64,000 bases of DNA from Eledone cirrhosa (lineage: Eukaryota), in NCBI GenBank assembly GCA_964016885.1, contig OZ024742.1, positions 344,596,001-344,660,000 of the forward strand, read 5' to 3'. This document shows positions 1 to 12,410 of the stretch, one piece after another (the stretch's first letter is position 1; every line of letters begins with the position of its first letter). The translations under genes were made by a program, and so were the position numbers. The notes under the pieces were generated by a model, which did no database searches, was not told the origin of the DNA, and saw only the letters and a list, made by a program, of their open reading frames with translations.

Positions 1-89
1 CCCCGGAGACGTCTCTGTCTATTGATCTGTCTCAAGAATGACTTTACCCGATTTCAAATATCATATATAGTTATCAACTATTATTAACA

Positions 90-280
90 TGGCGATGGAT
101 TGGCAGTATCGGTAGATGGTCGGACGCCATGCTTTGCAGCATAGAGTTACGGCCCTTTACGGTCTGAGTTTAAATCCCGCTGAGGTTAACTTTTTCTTTC
201 ATCCTTATGGGTTCGATAAAATAAAGGACCAGTAATGCACTGAGATAATTGCTGGTCTTGTGCCAAAAATAGAAACAATT
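90..280 (+). mobile_element. tRNA-derived SINE (copy 1 of tandem pair)
   Basis: A-box-like TGGCAGTATCGGTAG, B-box-like GAGTTTAAATCCC, central CTTTCATCCTTATGGGTTCGATAAAATAAAGGACCAG domain and TTGTGCCAAAAATAGAAACAATT tail; nine related copies in the window. Confidence 0.85.
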
Positions 281-288
281 GTAAACAT

Positions 289-476
289 GGCGGCGGATTG
301 GCCGTATCGGTAGAGGGTCTCACGCCATGATTTGCAGCATAGAGGTACGGCCCTTTACAGTCCGAGTTCAAATCTGGCCGAGGTTAATTTTGCCTTTCAT
401 CCTTACGGGGTAGATAAAATAAAGTACCAGTAATACAGTACGGTATTTGATGGCGTTGTGCCAATAGTAGGAACAT
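289..476 (+). mobile_element. tRNA-derived SINE (copy 2, head-to-tail with copy 1)
   Basis: Same head (GGCGGCGGATTGGCCGTATCGGTAG), B box GAGTTCAAATC, central GCCTTTCATCCTTACGGGGTAGATAAAATAAAGTACCAG domain. Confidence 0.85.
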
Positions 477-639
477 ATATTAACATTATTTTCGTTGGGG
501 AGAATACATTTTTCCATTCCGTCCTCTTCTCACTCTCCATCTTGTCATTTCATCTTTTATTTCTCCTTCTATCGTCTGATGAAGGACTAGTGACCAAAAC
601 GTTAATACACTTTTCCTATTATATCAAGCATTAAAGAGT

Positions 640-855
640 GTTGGACTGGTAGTATCGGTAGAGCGTCGAACATCATGTTTTGCGACATATAGTTACGGCT
701 CTTTAGGTTCTGCGTTCAAATCACGCCGAGGTTAGCTTTGACTTTCATCCTTACAGGGTCGATAAAGCAAAGTACCTGTAATGCACTGGGCGAATACAAT
801 TGAATTTTCCTCCTCTAACAAGTGTTGGTTTTGTGTCAAAATCAGAAACCATTAT
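640..855 (+). mobile_element. tRNA-derived SINE, diverged
   Basis: TGGTAGTATCGGTAGAG head, GTTCAAATC box, CTTTCATCCTTACAGGGTCGATAAA domain, TTGTGTCAAAATCAGAAACC tail. Confidence 0.8.
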
Positions 856-943
856 TTCAAGCATTAAACTAATATATTTCTCTATTGTACTGTGTCGATT
901 GCTTTGTTATTTCTGTTTACTTCTTACATCCATACACACATGA

Positions 944-985
<42 letters not shown>

Positions 986-987
<2 letters not shown>

Positions 988-1105
988 CTGAGCTCTTGTC
1001 ATTTCACAGCTAGTTTCAGACTGGATCGAGCTCTTGAAACGGCAATAGCTCAGCTGTTGGGCCTCGATGTTTTTTAATATTTTCATACACTACAATACTA
1101 CAATC

Positions 1106-1108
<3 letters not shown>
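986..1108. repeat. Hairpin element, family member H1, inserted in (TA)n
   Basis: Imperfect inverted repeat AGCTGAGCTCTTG...TTGAAACGGCAATAGCTCAGCT (986-1055), homologous to 2505, 33105 and 34437. Confidence 0.65.
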
Positions 1109-1143
<35 letters not shown>

Positions 1144-1150
<7 letters not shown>

Positions 1151-1291
1151 AAAAAGGGATGAAATCGAAAATGCAACTGAAGTCTTATTTTTTTTAAAAT
1201 ATATATATTTATTTGGTTCCTTTACCGGTTTCGCAGTTCTTCTGCTTTTCAAAAGGTGAGTTGAGATGGAGGGTCTGTGGTTTTTCTCACA

Positions 1292-1293
<2 letters not shown>
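1144..1293 (-). mobile_element. Short PLE-like 3' terminal fragment in (TA)n with hammerhead motif
   Basis: Near-identical to 3853-4002; flanked by (TA)n on both sides; on the minus strand a hammerhead core is followed by AATAAA. Confidence 0.65.
1219..1256 (-). ncRNA. Minimal type I hammerhead ribozyme, U3/A8 core variant
   Basis: Minus strand CCTT-TTGAAAA-GCAG(AAGAA)CTGC-GAAA-CCGG-TA-AAGG: 4-bp stem I, 4-bp stem II, palindromic ACCGGT stem III. Confidence 0.65.
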
Positions 1294-1333
<40 letters not shown>

Positions 1334-1364
1334 ACATTATATATATATAATCTACACCTCCCCT

Positions 1365-1438
<74 letters not shown>

Positions 1439-1611
1439 AGGAGTCGACAAAACAGCAGTACAAAAGGTCTTATCAGTTTCGCACTTTAAATGGAATATAG
1501 CTGTATGCGTGTGCCTGTGTGTTTCTGGACTGTGTGTGTGTTTGTGTGTATGCCTGTCTGGTTCTATGTGTTTGGAATGTGTATATGTTTGTGTGTGTCT
1601 GTCTGTCCGGG

Positions 1612-1657
<46 letters not shown>

Positions 1658-2002
1658 AGTATGTGTGTGTATACAATGCATGTGCATACATATACACTGA
1701 TTACTTCTCATACATTGAACTTTTCGACAATTGCTATCAATATGCTTCAGTACAGCTCTCTAATGAGATATTGCCTGGCTGTCCTGAATATTTAATACAT
1801 TTTATTAGGCCGCAGTTCTGAGAACTTAATGCAGAAAAAAATAATTAACAAGCAGTATCCTCAATGGAATGTTCAATTAAGTATTGGTGTTAAGTGGTCT
1901 GTGAATAATCGACGTTCAAAGAAAAATAATGAAGTCACTTCAAATATTTTTTCAATATCTGTCTTACAAACTCTTGTAAATTATTGGTTATTGCTTGTGA
2001 AA

Positions 2003-2067
2003 ACACACCCTACATCTAGTGTCCCTCTATATACACACCCTACATCTAGTGTCCCTCTATATACACA
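2003..2067. repeat. 30-bp tandem duplication
   Basis: ACACACCCTACATCTAGTGTCCCTCTATAT x2. Confidence 0.85.
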
Positions 2068-2193
2068 GTGAAGCACCGCCTTCTTTGTATAGTTCTGCTT
2101 ATACACAAAATGAAGTAATCATATAACCAGCGAAAGTTATTTCATTGTAAACGAAGAAAAATTAACGTAATACATTTGGCAATAAGGGTATGG

Positions 2194-2195
<2 letters not shown>

Positions 2196-2255
<60 letters not shown>

Positions 2256-2285
2256 CTGTCAACACACACATATATACAGGGTATA

Positions 2286-2336
<51 letters not shown>

Positions 2337-2366
2337 CTATCAACACACACATATATACAGGGTATA

Positions 2367-2437
<71 letters not shown>

Positions 2438-2467
2438 CTATCAACAGAAACATATATACAGGGTATA

Positions 2468-2506
<39 letters not shown>
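2196..2506. repeat. Compound minisatellite: ~45-bp core plus variable (TA)n, three units
   Basis: CATATCTRTCAACACACACATATATACAGGGTATATATATG recurs at ~2251, ~2332 and ~2433, separated by (TA)n. Confidence 0.85.
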
Positions 2507-2509
<3 letters not shown>

Positions 2510-2702
2510 AAAAGAGTCAAAATCCCGACGGCAGAGCTCAAGCCGCTTCGACAGCTATTTCTGAGTCCAGAAATAGCTGTCGAAACGGCTTGAGCTTTGC
2601 CGTCGGGATTCTGACTCTTTTCCTATTACCCACTCTTCTACCCAAAGTATCGAGTACTCTGGTGCGTTATGATCCACCTGGTTCCTTACCACACTTCATT
2701 CG

Positions 2703-2703
<1 letters not shown>
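2505..2703. repeat. Hairpin element, family member H2 (59-bp arms), inserted in (TA)n
   Basis: Arms 2505-2563 and 2568-2626 with three mismatches and a 4-nt loop, followed by AAGTATCGAGTACT at 2645-2658. Confidence 0.85.
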
Positions 2704-2746
<43 letters not shown>

Positions 2747-3379
2747 TTTGTGAAATGGGTGGTGGTTGAAATTCAGTTGTGCACGGTTAAATGGTAGTAG
2801 ACGTGGTCGGATGGACATGAAAATGTACACACCTATGTAAAAAGTACCAAGGAAGCAAATAGACGAGGTTTCAAATCTCTAACTTGAAAAATGTGATTCC
2901 TTGGGCCCCTAAACGGTCTATTTACTATCGGGTTCGGTGAGTTATTCCCCCTTTTTCCGTAGTCGCTTTCAATATTCATTGTCTTATTTACAATTTCATC
3001 GTATTATCAATTTCGACGTATTATCCTCGCTAGTATAATACGTCGTTATGTGGAGCGTGAAGAACAATTTCATGCAAAGACAAGACCAAATTTATGATAT
3101 AAATGGAGTCGGTAGACTAATATTCTATTTAAAATAACAGAATGATTTCCAGCCCAGGAGTTTAAGAATGATGTAAATAAAATTGAAAACGAAAATGACA
3201 GAGGTTATTAAAATAGTAAAAGTAAATAGTGAAGATTTAGGCCAGTAGATACGTATGCCCCGACGGACATACACATACATACGCACACACAAATACATAC
3301 CCCCCCCACACACACACACACACATACACACACACACACACACGAACGCACGCGCGCATGTATAAACCTTATGCATTTC

Positions 3380-3756
3380 TACAGTATTTTCACCAAACTT
3401 AAGACATAGGTTACTTATGTACTGTACTCCGGATGGTCATGGGCACTGTCATTTTTCCAGATATTCCTTGGAGTCGATTGAAGCACTGCAGTGCAATGCA
3501 ACAAAACGTCATAACTTCTGGAGTTCGCAACCGATTTTCACAAAACTTGACACATATGCTACGTTTGTCCTACAGATGAATGTAATCTATCAGAATTGGC
3601 ACATATTGGGTAGGAGACCTCTGGGGGCAGGAACCCCTTTTGGAAAAAGACGATGATTTTGTAAAAGTATAGTTTTCGAAGCAGCACTGAAGTATTGACA
3701 TAAATGGTATATACAACTGCTATTTAATACCTGAGCAACGCCGGGTACCTCTGCTA

Positions 3757-3757
<1 letters not shown>
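3380..3757 (+). mobile_element. Non-autonomous Helitron-like element, 3' part
   Basis: Ends CCTGAGCAACGCCGGG (degenerate GC hairpin)-TACCTCTG-CTAG|T; internal repeated ATTTTCACMAAACTT motif; 5' boundary not determined. Confidence 0.55.
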
Positions 3758-3790
<33 letters not shown>

Positions 3791-3796
<6 letters not shown>

Positions 3797-4300
3797 GTGA
3801 GGTTTTTTTTACAAAATGAAAAAATAACCGAGGTGTCCTATACGAGTGAAAGTATAAAGAAAAAAAGATGAAATCGAAAATGCAACTGGAGTCTTATTTA
3901 AAAAAAATATATATATTTATTTGGTTCCTTTACCGGTTTCGCAGTTCTTCTGCTTTTCAAAAGTAGAGTTGAGATGGAGGGTCTGTGGTTTTTTTCACAT
4001 CTGGTTGGTCTTTGAATGTTACTTGTTTTATGGAGAAAAGTGGCTCGAAACGCCAGGTTTTGAGTAAAGTAATTTGAATGGTTGGTCAATAAGTATAATA
4101 AATTTCGCGCCAGTTCGCGTTACAAAGTTCTTCAAAAAAGAGGGAGGGGGCCTCTCAGGTTGTTTTTTCATATATGAGTGAAGTTTGCTTGGTTGATGTA
4201 GTCACGTGAATAAGCACATCATCTTTCGCGCCAGTTTGTTTGAATTTTTTTTACTTAAAAAAAAGGGGGCTCACGAAGGGGTTTTTTATATATATATTGG
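3791..4300 (-). mobile_element. PLE-like 3' terminal fragment (longer copy) with hammerhead motif at 3927-3964
   Basis: Shares ~150 bp with 1144-1293 including the ribozyme core; abuts (TA)n; distal boundary approximate. Confidence 0.55.
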
Positions 4301-4455
4301 TTCTCGAGTTGTGTTGTGTAGGAGGCAATCAGAGTTTAAAAAGTTAACAAAATGAACTCAGTACATTGGTAGAGTATTTGCATCTCTATTATGTATAGAA
4401 ATGACTTCTACAGGAATGATTTCATACGAAAGAAACTTGTAGTCCTTTAGATGTC

Positions 4456-4572
<117 letters not shown>

Positions 4573-4656
4573 CATCTACCCCAAATAATAAGCCCATCAG
4601 GGCGAAAAACGGAAAAATCCCACACAATTTCTACCGGAATTTTGAATATAGCCAAA

Positions 4657-6611
4657 ATGGCCAAATTCTTTGACCCCATCTTCACGAAAAACACATCAGA
4701 GAATTGTGGTGATGGGCTGTTAATCTCACCTTCCACAGTACTAGTAGCAGGTGAAGGCTGCCTGCCTGCTGCTATCACCAACAACAACAACAACAGTAAC
4801 AACAACAGCAACAAAAACAACAACAGCAACATCAAAACTGTCAGCCAACAATTAGACAGAGGTGGTGGAGGGACGGTAAAAAGTGTTAAGCCAAGAAGCA
4901 GCTCGCACCGCCTCATTGAAACATGTCGATATGTTTAAAACACACCCTGACAGCAACACCAGCACCACCAACACGAAAACTATGAATGGCACAAACCAAA
5001 ACAACGCCATCAACAACAACAGTGACAACGAGAACAAGAAGAACAACAACGACAACAAAACCACAATCAACAACAACAACAACACCAACAACGGAAAAAA
5101 CGAAAACATCAACAACAAGAACAATAATAACAACAACAAGACCAATAACTGCAACAAGGAAGTAAACGACAAAATATCATTTGCGCAAACCGTAAAGAAA
5201 ACGGTAAGCTACACTCCGGTAGATATTTCAAATGCAAATGAGCTTTTGAATAACGCCAGACAATATGTAGCTTTTGGGGAGAACGGATCATTCTCCATAA
5301 ACTCTCCCCCAGATTTGCGAAGAGAAGCTGCCTTGAAAAAACTGTGATTTTCAGGACAGTCTCAAACAAAACACGAAAACCGACTCAACTTTCACAAGGC
5401 GAAATTGAGTTAGCTTTAAAAAATGCCTTAAAAGACATTGCTTTTATTCAGAAGGGTAGACTCTACGGGAGTTTATCCATTCTAATAAAAGACCAATTGA
5501 CGGCACAGAAATATTCTGTGTCACCAATTGTGTCACCGCTGTTCCCTTTTTCCCCACTTACATGGGGAAAAGAACACAGAAAATAAAAATCCAAATATTG
5601 ATATTTGGTGGGTACTATGTGGATTTTTAAACCACGAAACAGACTATATAATATCGGTAGGTAAGTCCTCCAGCGACCTGTTCAGCGGAACTAGCCTGGA
5701 AGTTCTGGTCCAAATGACACCAGAACGAATAGCTAGGATCCCAGAACGTGTGCTGCTGGATGGGATTTTATACATAAACATTTCGGTCGAGGGTAGGCGG
5801 CCTCATATTACAACTGCTTAAGCAGGGGTCACCTGAGAGCTTCCTGTCCTCGGCTAACTAGCCAAAAAATGGCACTACTGCCAACACCTGCAACACCAGC
5901 ACAACAATCACCACCACAAAAACAACAATATAAAAAAATAGTCACAACAAAACAAACGACAAACACAGTCCCACCCAACCCCTCCCCACCTAAAACAACT
6001 CCAGAAACACCCACACACATAACAGCTCCCCAAAATGTACCTCTCCCCAACAACACGGATGAGGCCTCATCATCGTCACAAAGGGACGATGAGGGAGAGC
6101 CTTTCCGACCAGTAAAAAGAAAAAAGAAAAGACATAACACAAACAAAAATGCAACAAACACCCCCTCCTGAAAATAATACACCTACTACAAAACGTAAAC
6201 ACACACAAGAACCACAGACAAAAAGCAACTCAACACAACAAAAATGTTACACCTACATAAATACTAACAATAAAACTTTAACAGACACCATATATAAAAA
6301 GCCTTCGGTGGAGACCGAAGGGAAAACTTTTACACACTCTTCGGAGAAACCTAATCTTAAAATGATTAGAACCTCCATGGACACACAAACAGTTAAAAGA
6401 AAAATTTCCTAACGATGTAGGTAACCCCTGCGTCAAACCCTACAATCGAGTCCTGTTAAAATGTTTCCCCACCCCACCGCCATAGCGCCATACACCACTC
6501 CCCACCAAACATCTCCGTCCCCACCCAGCTGGAGACCCCCCCCCACCAAACAACCTCTCCAACACCCCCATGGAAATTGTGCAGCCTGGTCCCCAGGAGA
6601 CGAAGAGGTGA
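4657..6611 (+). pseudogene. LINE ORF1 (poly-Asn N-terminus, zinc-knuckle remnant), frameshifted
   Basis: Fragments match the long ORF1 at 47971 (FGENGSFSINSPPDL, QKGRLYGSLSIL, SVEGRRP...GHLRASCP). Confidence 0.85.
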
Positions 6612-6651
6612 GTGATTTCTTTTCCTCTTCTTTTAACTTTTCAGCACCAAC

Positions 6652-9600
6652 ATGGCTAATATAAGAGTTGGATGCGTGAATGTACGCGGCCTGGGGATGC
6701 CCTGGAAACAGGGCAAACTCTTAAACGACCCCAGGTCGCACAGTATGGATGTAGTAGCCATTTGCGAGTCCAGGATCCACAGCGCGCGACAACTGGCCCC
6801 CATCTTCGACGACTTTGATATCTACGCATCTCTCTGTCAGTCGGGAGGTGGGGTGGGGTTGCCGTTTTGCTGCGGAAACACATGGACCTCGTAACACAGA
6901 CGGTACATCTGGACCCGGAGGATCGACTGGTGGTCCTAGGCGTTGACGGTAGTGAAGGTGGAGCCTTCAGGCTGGTGGCCGCATATCCCCGTCCGGGACA
7001 CCGCGGCCAGACTTCTTCAAACGTCTAGAGACTTTTCTGGGAACGTCCCGCTCCCTGCTGTTAGTGGAGGACTAGATGTATGTTGGGACTATATGGGAGC
7101 ATGTCCCAATAGAGGAGGGTGTAACAGCCGCAAACAGTTAATCGGCCGATATGACCTGGCCGAAAGATATCGACTAGATTTTCCAACTGTGCCACTGTGG
7201 ACGTGGACTAATCCCAGCGGAATATCTAGATCGTACCTAGATAGGGTTCTAGTTAGAAAGAAGGATAGGGACATGTTAAGCTGTCCACAAATGTTCATGG
7301 TTGCCTATTCAGATCACAAATTAGTGATTGCTTAGTCAACCTTGACAAAACCCATAGACAGGGACCCGGCTACTGGAAGCTGAACTTGTCGTTACCGACA
7401 TGCAAATCCTACAGTAGACGGATTAGCACTTTAGTTAAGCAGCACTTGACGGGGGCCATTGTCAACAACAGATGGTGGTACTCTCTCAAGAGAGCAGTTA
7501 GATTAGACTCGATATGTTTTAGTAAAGAATTAGTGTTAGATAAAACTAAAACCGAAAAGGAACTGGTAGATAAAGTAGAAGAGGCACTTAGGAGTGGAAA
7601 CGTAGCCAGCGTGCTAGCGACGAGAAAGGTCTAGGACCAGTTCTTCGACGCAAAGCATGAAGGCTGCGTTGTCAGAAGCAAAATACGTGCCCTGGGGAAC
7701 GAGGGAACCAAAGCTGTTAGCTGGGCCCGAGTGACGGAGGCGAAAAGTGGCAACAAGTCCACGATTCGGTCTTTGAAGGTCAAGACGGACGCGTGATACA
7801 TGAGCCTAAGCAGATGTGCGCGGCCTTTCAGCAGCACCTTTCTCAACTGTTCGGGCAGGGCGGTGCGCCGGGAGGGGATATAGATTTCGGTCCATACCTC
7901 GACGGCCTACCGCGACTCTCGGACAGCGAGGCGAAATTTTGCGAAAGGCCGATTTCGGCCGCTGAGATAAGGGACGCGCTGAGCCAATGCGGCAAACGCA
8001 AACTCCAGGTCTCGACAGTCTACCCTACGAATTTTACGTAGCAATGCTGGACTTGTTCTCCGGTCTCCTGGAAGCGGTCTACTGCAACTGTCAGCAGAAC
8101 GGGAGAATTCCCAGTTCTTTGACCAAGGGCGTAGTCACATTAGTCAGGAAGGACGAGAATAAGGGGGATGACATAGGCAACTTCCGGCCCATAACTATCC
8201 TAAACACAGAGTTACAGATTTTGGACAAGGTGTCGGCAAAGAGGCTGGCGCTTGTCGTCAAAAGCCTGGTGGGAGAAGCGCAGACATGCGCAATCCTGAC
8301 CAGGTCTTTACACGATACCCTCCACCTCATGCGATACATCATAGAGAGGGTAGGGTGTAAACCCGGCTTCAGTGGGGCCCTCATCAACTTGGATCAGTCT
8401 AAGGCTTTCGATAGGGTTGATTATCGTTACCTGGATGCGGTGCACGAGGCAGCAGGCTTCGGACCCGTGTTCAGGGGCTGGATTGCTGCAATGCACAGCA
8501 GCAACATCTGCTCAAGGGTCAAGGTGAACGGCTACCTCTCGGAGCCGTTCCATATCACGCGATCCATCCGACAGGGATGCTCTCTCTCCTCCCTTCTGTA
8601 CGTACTGACTCTCGAGCCACTACTGCAGAAGTTGGAGCTATTGCAGGGCATCCCTTTGGAACCGGGATTGCGAAAAGCGGAGTCGGCCTACGTCGACGAC
8701 GTGACAGTAATGGTGTCGAGCACCTCGAAAATCGGGGAGGTCGGCACCTTATTGGAGGAATACGAAAGGTTCACAGGGGCGAAGCTGAGCCGGGACAAAT
8801 CCGTCGGTTTGCAACTCGGAACGTGGAGAAGCAAACCGATGCCTTCCGATGGCGTCGTCGGACGCTGGACGGAAGGACCGGTAAAGCTGCTCGGGGTCTG
8901 GTTTGGTCCGGACCTCCAGGTTGAGAAGAACTGGAACGAGGTGACGGCCAAGGTGTTTGCGCTCACCCAGAAGTGGGCCGAGTGCAAACTATCCTTGAAA
9001 GGTCGAGCGGAGGTGGCGAACACTTTTATAGCGTACGTCATCTACTACGGCTTGACCGTCGTGCCTTGTCCAGCCAAAACGCTCACCAAAATGCAGCGCG
9101 CGCTCTTCCAACTCCTTTGGAAGAAACGGGCTCCTTTGGTGAGAAGATCCATCTGCTGCCAACACCCTTCAAACGGAGGGCTGGGGTTTCTGTGGCTGAC
9201 GATGCGCAAAAACGCGCTCAAGCTGCGGCACCTCAACGTATTCCTCACCGGACAACCGGTGTGGGCCCCGTTCGTGTGGCGAGCCTTTCCACGACTCGTC
9301 TCGCTGACCGAGCTGCAGTCCTGGGTCAAGCAAAGACCGAGGATAAGGGCGACTGACACATCGAATGTGCTCAGGCGCTCACAGTCCTCTGGCAAACGGA
9401 CCCGGCGATTAGTGACGAATCCACTTCGACATTCTATAGAGGGCTGGTCCGCAGCTAGTGCGACGTCACGCTCGGAGAAACTCTAGGCGTAGAGGAGGAC
9501 GAACTGGCCAGTCTGTTCGGTAGGATCTTCCGCCCGGGATCAATGGACAACTTCCAAAAGTCCCTGGCCTGGCAGTCCTACCGAGGAGCTCAACCAGTTC

Positions 9601-10069
9601 GAGACAAGCTCTACAGACACGGGCTCCCGGTCAGGGACCCTTCGAAAAAGATCTGTCTGAGATGCGTGCGCGACGAGGAAACCGTCGCGCACGCATTTGT
9701 ACACTGCCCGGGCGTTACCGACCTGTGGGGCTATGTAGAACGACTATTGTCGCGGGTGGGACCAATCCAGTTGACCACCGAGTCCATTGTCATGATCAAA
9801 CCGCCACCCTCCTTCAAAACGAGGGAGAGGCGGTTTTCCGATGTGTTATGGCTATGGTGAAAGAGGTTATATGGTGGACGAGGTTAAAAGGGCTGAGGTT
9901 AGACACCTTTCTCTCCGGCGAGCAACTGATTCGTTTTTTCAAATATCATTTTGGAAGAAGAATCAGGATGGAGAGAGAGGAGCTGTACCCCAGCAAATTT
10001 TATAAAAGGTGGGTGAATGTGGCAAAGATGGCCCAAGTGGTTGGGCCTTCTCTCTATATAAGCCTGTAG
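6652..10069 (+). pseudogene. LINE ORF2 (AP endonuclease, reverse transcriptase, C-terminal CCHC), disrupted
   Basis: GCVNVRGL, YLDRVLV, YSDHKLV; PGLDSLPYEFY, NFRPITILNT, LDQSKAFDRVD, IRQGCSLS, AYVDD; CLRC...EETVAHAFVHC; several frameshifts and stops. Confidence 0.92.
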
Positions 10070-10314
10070 GTTGAGGAAAAAAAGGAAGAGAGGAAGGGAC
10101 TACTCACTCTTGGTGCTCCTGGAGATGAGGGTTGTACATTTTTTCGGGGTGTGTACAACCCCTGTGTAACGCCTCCCCCCTATTGGGGATTTCAATTGTT
10201 ATTTGTTATTTTACTAATAGTTTTATTTTCATATACCTGTATGTAAACTCCCCATTTGTATTTGTCCCCTTCTTGTGTGCCCTTGTGGCTAATAAAGAAA
10301 TTTACCTCTATCCA

Positions 10315-10363
<49 letters not shown>

Positions 10364-10408
10364 ATCTATCTATCTATCTCTCACTCTCTCTATCTATCTA
10401 GCTAACTA

Positions 10409-10934
10409 TCACTGAGTCCATTATTGCGATCAAACCGCCACTTTCCTTCAAAAACGAAGGAGAGGCGGTTTTGCTCTGTGTAATGGCTATGGTGAAAGAG
10501 GCTATATGGTGGACGAGGTTAAAAGGGCTGAGGTCAGACACCTTTCTCTCCGGCGAACAACTGGTTCGCTTCTTCAAATATCATTTTAGAAGAAGAATCA
10601 GAGTGGAGAGAGAAGTACTTCACCCCAGCAAATTTTACGAAAGGTGGGTGAATGTGGCAAGGATGGCCCGAGTGGTTGGGCCTTCTTTTTATATAAGCCT
10701 GTAGGTCGAGGAAAAAGAGGAAGAGATGAGAGGAGTGCTCGCTTTTCGTGCTCCTGGAGATGAGGGTTGGACATTTTTTTCGGGGTGTGTGCAACCCATT
10801 TGTAACGCCTCCCCCTTATTGGGGATTTCGTTTGTTTTATTTATCATTTTTGTTATACATTTTTACACGCCTTGTATGTAAATCCCCAATTGTATTTGTC
10901 CCCATCTTTTGCGCCCTTGTGGCAAATAAAGAAA
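10409..10934 (+). mobile_element. 5'-truncated Tx1-clade LINE fragment in the microsatellite tail of copy 1
   Basis: ORF2 C-terminus WWTRLKGLRSDTFLSGEQLVRFF, 3' UTR, then AATAAAGAAA-TATATCTATC; flanked by (TATC)n/(TC)n. Confidence 0.9.
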
Positions 10935-10985
10935 TATATCTATCTCCATCTATCTCTCCCTCTCCCCCCTCTCCCATCCCCCCTT

Positions 10986-11036
<51 letters not shown>

Positions 11037-11371
11037 ACTCACTGACATCTAGATATCATGCAGCTCATCAGATAGCGTGCCATAATAGAATGTGATTATG
11101 GAATCTAATTATATAGCAGTGATCTCGAAGTAGCATGTTATCAATGTATCACAATATTGATATTCTGATATGATTCGGCTTCTGGCTGTATAAATGTATA
11201 TAACTGCATAATTGAAAACAAACTAAGAATTAAATAGAAAGAAAGTCCCCTTAACTATAGATTGAGTCTTATGGACGCCAGCCTCACACATGACATGTTG
11301 TGGCAATATATAACATGGTGGAAATCTTCCCGCTCCATGTCGGAATGCAGATGATTTCTTCCAGGGAAAGG

Positions 11372-11471
11372 AGATAGATAGATAGATTTCTTTATTAGCC
11401 ACAAGGGCGCAACAAGAAAAGGGGACAATACAAAGACATGCCGGGGATTTTACATACAGTCGTGTAAAAAA
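11372..11471 (-). mobile_element. ~100-bp 3' end of the same LINE family, inverted
   Basis: Reverse complement matches 53540-53630 (TTTTTACACGACTGTATGTAAAATCCCCGGCATG...AATAAAGAAA) with a (TATC)n tail. Confidence 0.85.
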
Positions 11472-11915
11472 CGAGAGAGGCTGGAGAAAGAGAGAGAGTG
11501 TGTGTGGGGAGAGAGGGGGTGGAGAGCGAGAGAGAGAGTGTGGGGAGAAGAAGAGGGTGGAGAGAGAGAGGTGGTGAGAGAGGTGGGGAGAGAGACGTGG
11601 TGGATAGAGAGAGAGAGAGTGGAGACAGAGAGAGTGAGAGAGAGAGGGCGGAGAGAGAGAGGGGATGGTGAGAGAAATAGATGGTGGAGAGAGGGTGGAG
11701 TGAGGGAGAGAGGGTGATGAGAGTGAGAGAGGGTGGAAAGAGGGTAGAGAGAGAGGGGGGATGGAGAGAGAGAGAGTGGAGAGAGGGAGAGGGAGAGTAG
11801 GGAGAGAGAGGATGGAGGGAGAGAGGGTTGAGAGAGAAAGAGAGGGTAGGGAGTGTGAGAGAGAAATAGAGAGACAGAGAGAGAGAGAGAGATAAGGCGA
11901 AGAGAGAGACAGAGG
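11472..11915. repeat. Degenerate (GA)n/polypurine tract
   Basis: About 440 bp almost devoid of C on the plus strand. Confidence 0.9.
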
Positions 11916-11984
11916 TGGTAATTTAAGTAAACAGATGTCACCACATCTTCAGTTTCTATCGGAATAATTTACTGTCAATCCGAT

Positions 11985-12410
11985 ATATGCCTGTACTAGT
12001 GCTACATCTAGTGATGATACATGTCTATTCTAGTGCTACATGTAGTGATGATACATGTCTGTACTAGTGCTACATGTAGTGATGATACATGTCTGTTGTA
12101 GTGCTACATGTAGTGCTCCATGCAGTGATGATAGTGCTACATCTAGTGATGATAGTGCTACATGTATTGATGAAACATGTATGTTCTAGTGATACATATA
12201 GTAATGACACGTGTATGTTCCAGTGCTACATGTAGTGATGACACATGACGCATGAAATAATGATACATATTTGTACTAGTGCTACATGTAGTGATGACAC
12301 ATGTATGTTATAGTGCTACATATAGTGATGATACATGTATCTTATAGTGCTACATGTAGTGATGATACATGTATGTTATAGTCCTACATGTAATAATACA
12401 TGTATGTCCC
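11985..12410. repeat. Diverged ~34-bp minisatellite
   Basis: Unit TAGTGCTACATGTAGTGATGATACATGTCTGTAC with an internal CTACATGTAG palindrome; about a dozen copies. Confidence 0.85.

Larger units (their letters stand above)
4573..10300 (+). mobile_element. L1/Tx1-clade non-LTR retrotransposon, near full-length decayed copy 1
   Basis: ORF1 remnant plus APE-RT-CCHC ORF2, 3' AATAAAGAAA, (TC)n on both flanks. Confidence 0.92.

Noticed and set aside
90-175. tRNA genes
   Set aside because: A and B boxes are present but there is no intact cloverleaf, and each is joined to the same SINE body and tail.
1266-2564. ORFs rich in YIYI, THTH, CVCV or RERE here and throughout the window
   Set aside because: Translations of (TA)n, (CA)n and (GA)n microsatellites.
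2561-2595. Hammerhead inside the hairpin-family elements (CTGAG...GAAAC)
   Set aside because: Incomplete core and no consistent UH cleavage site or stem III across copies.
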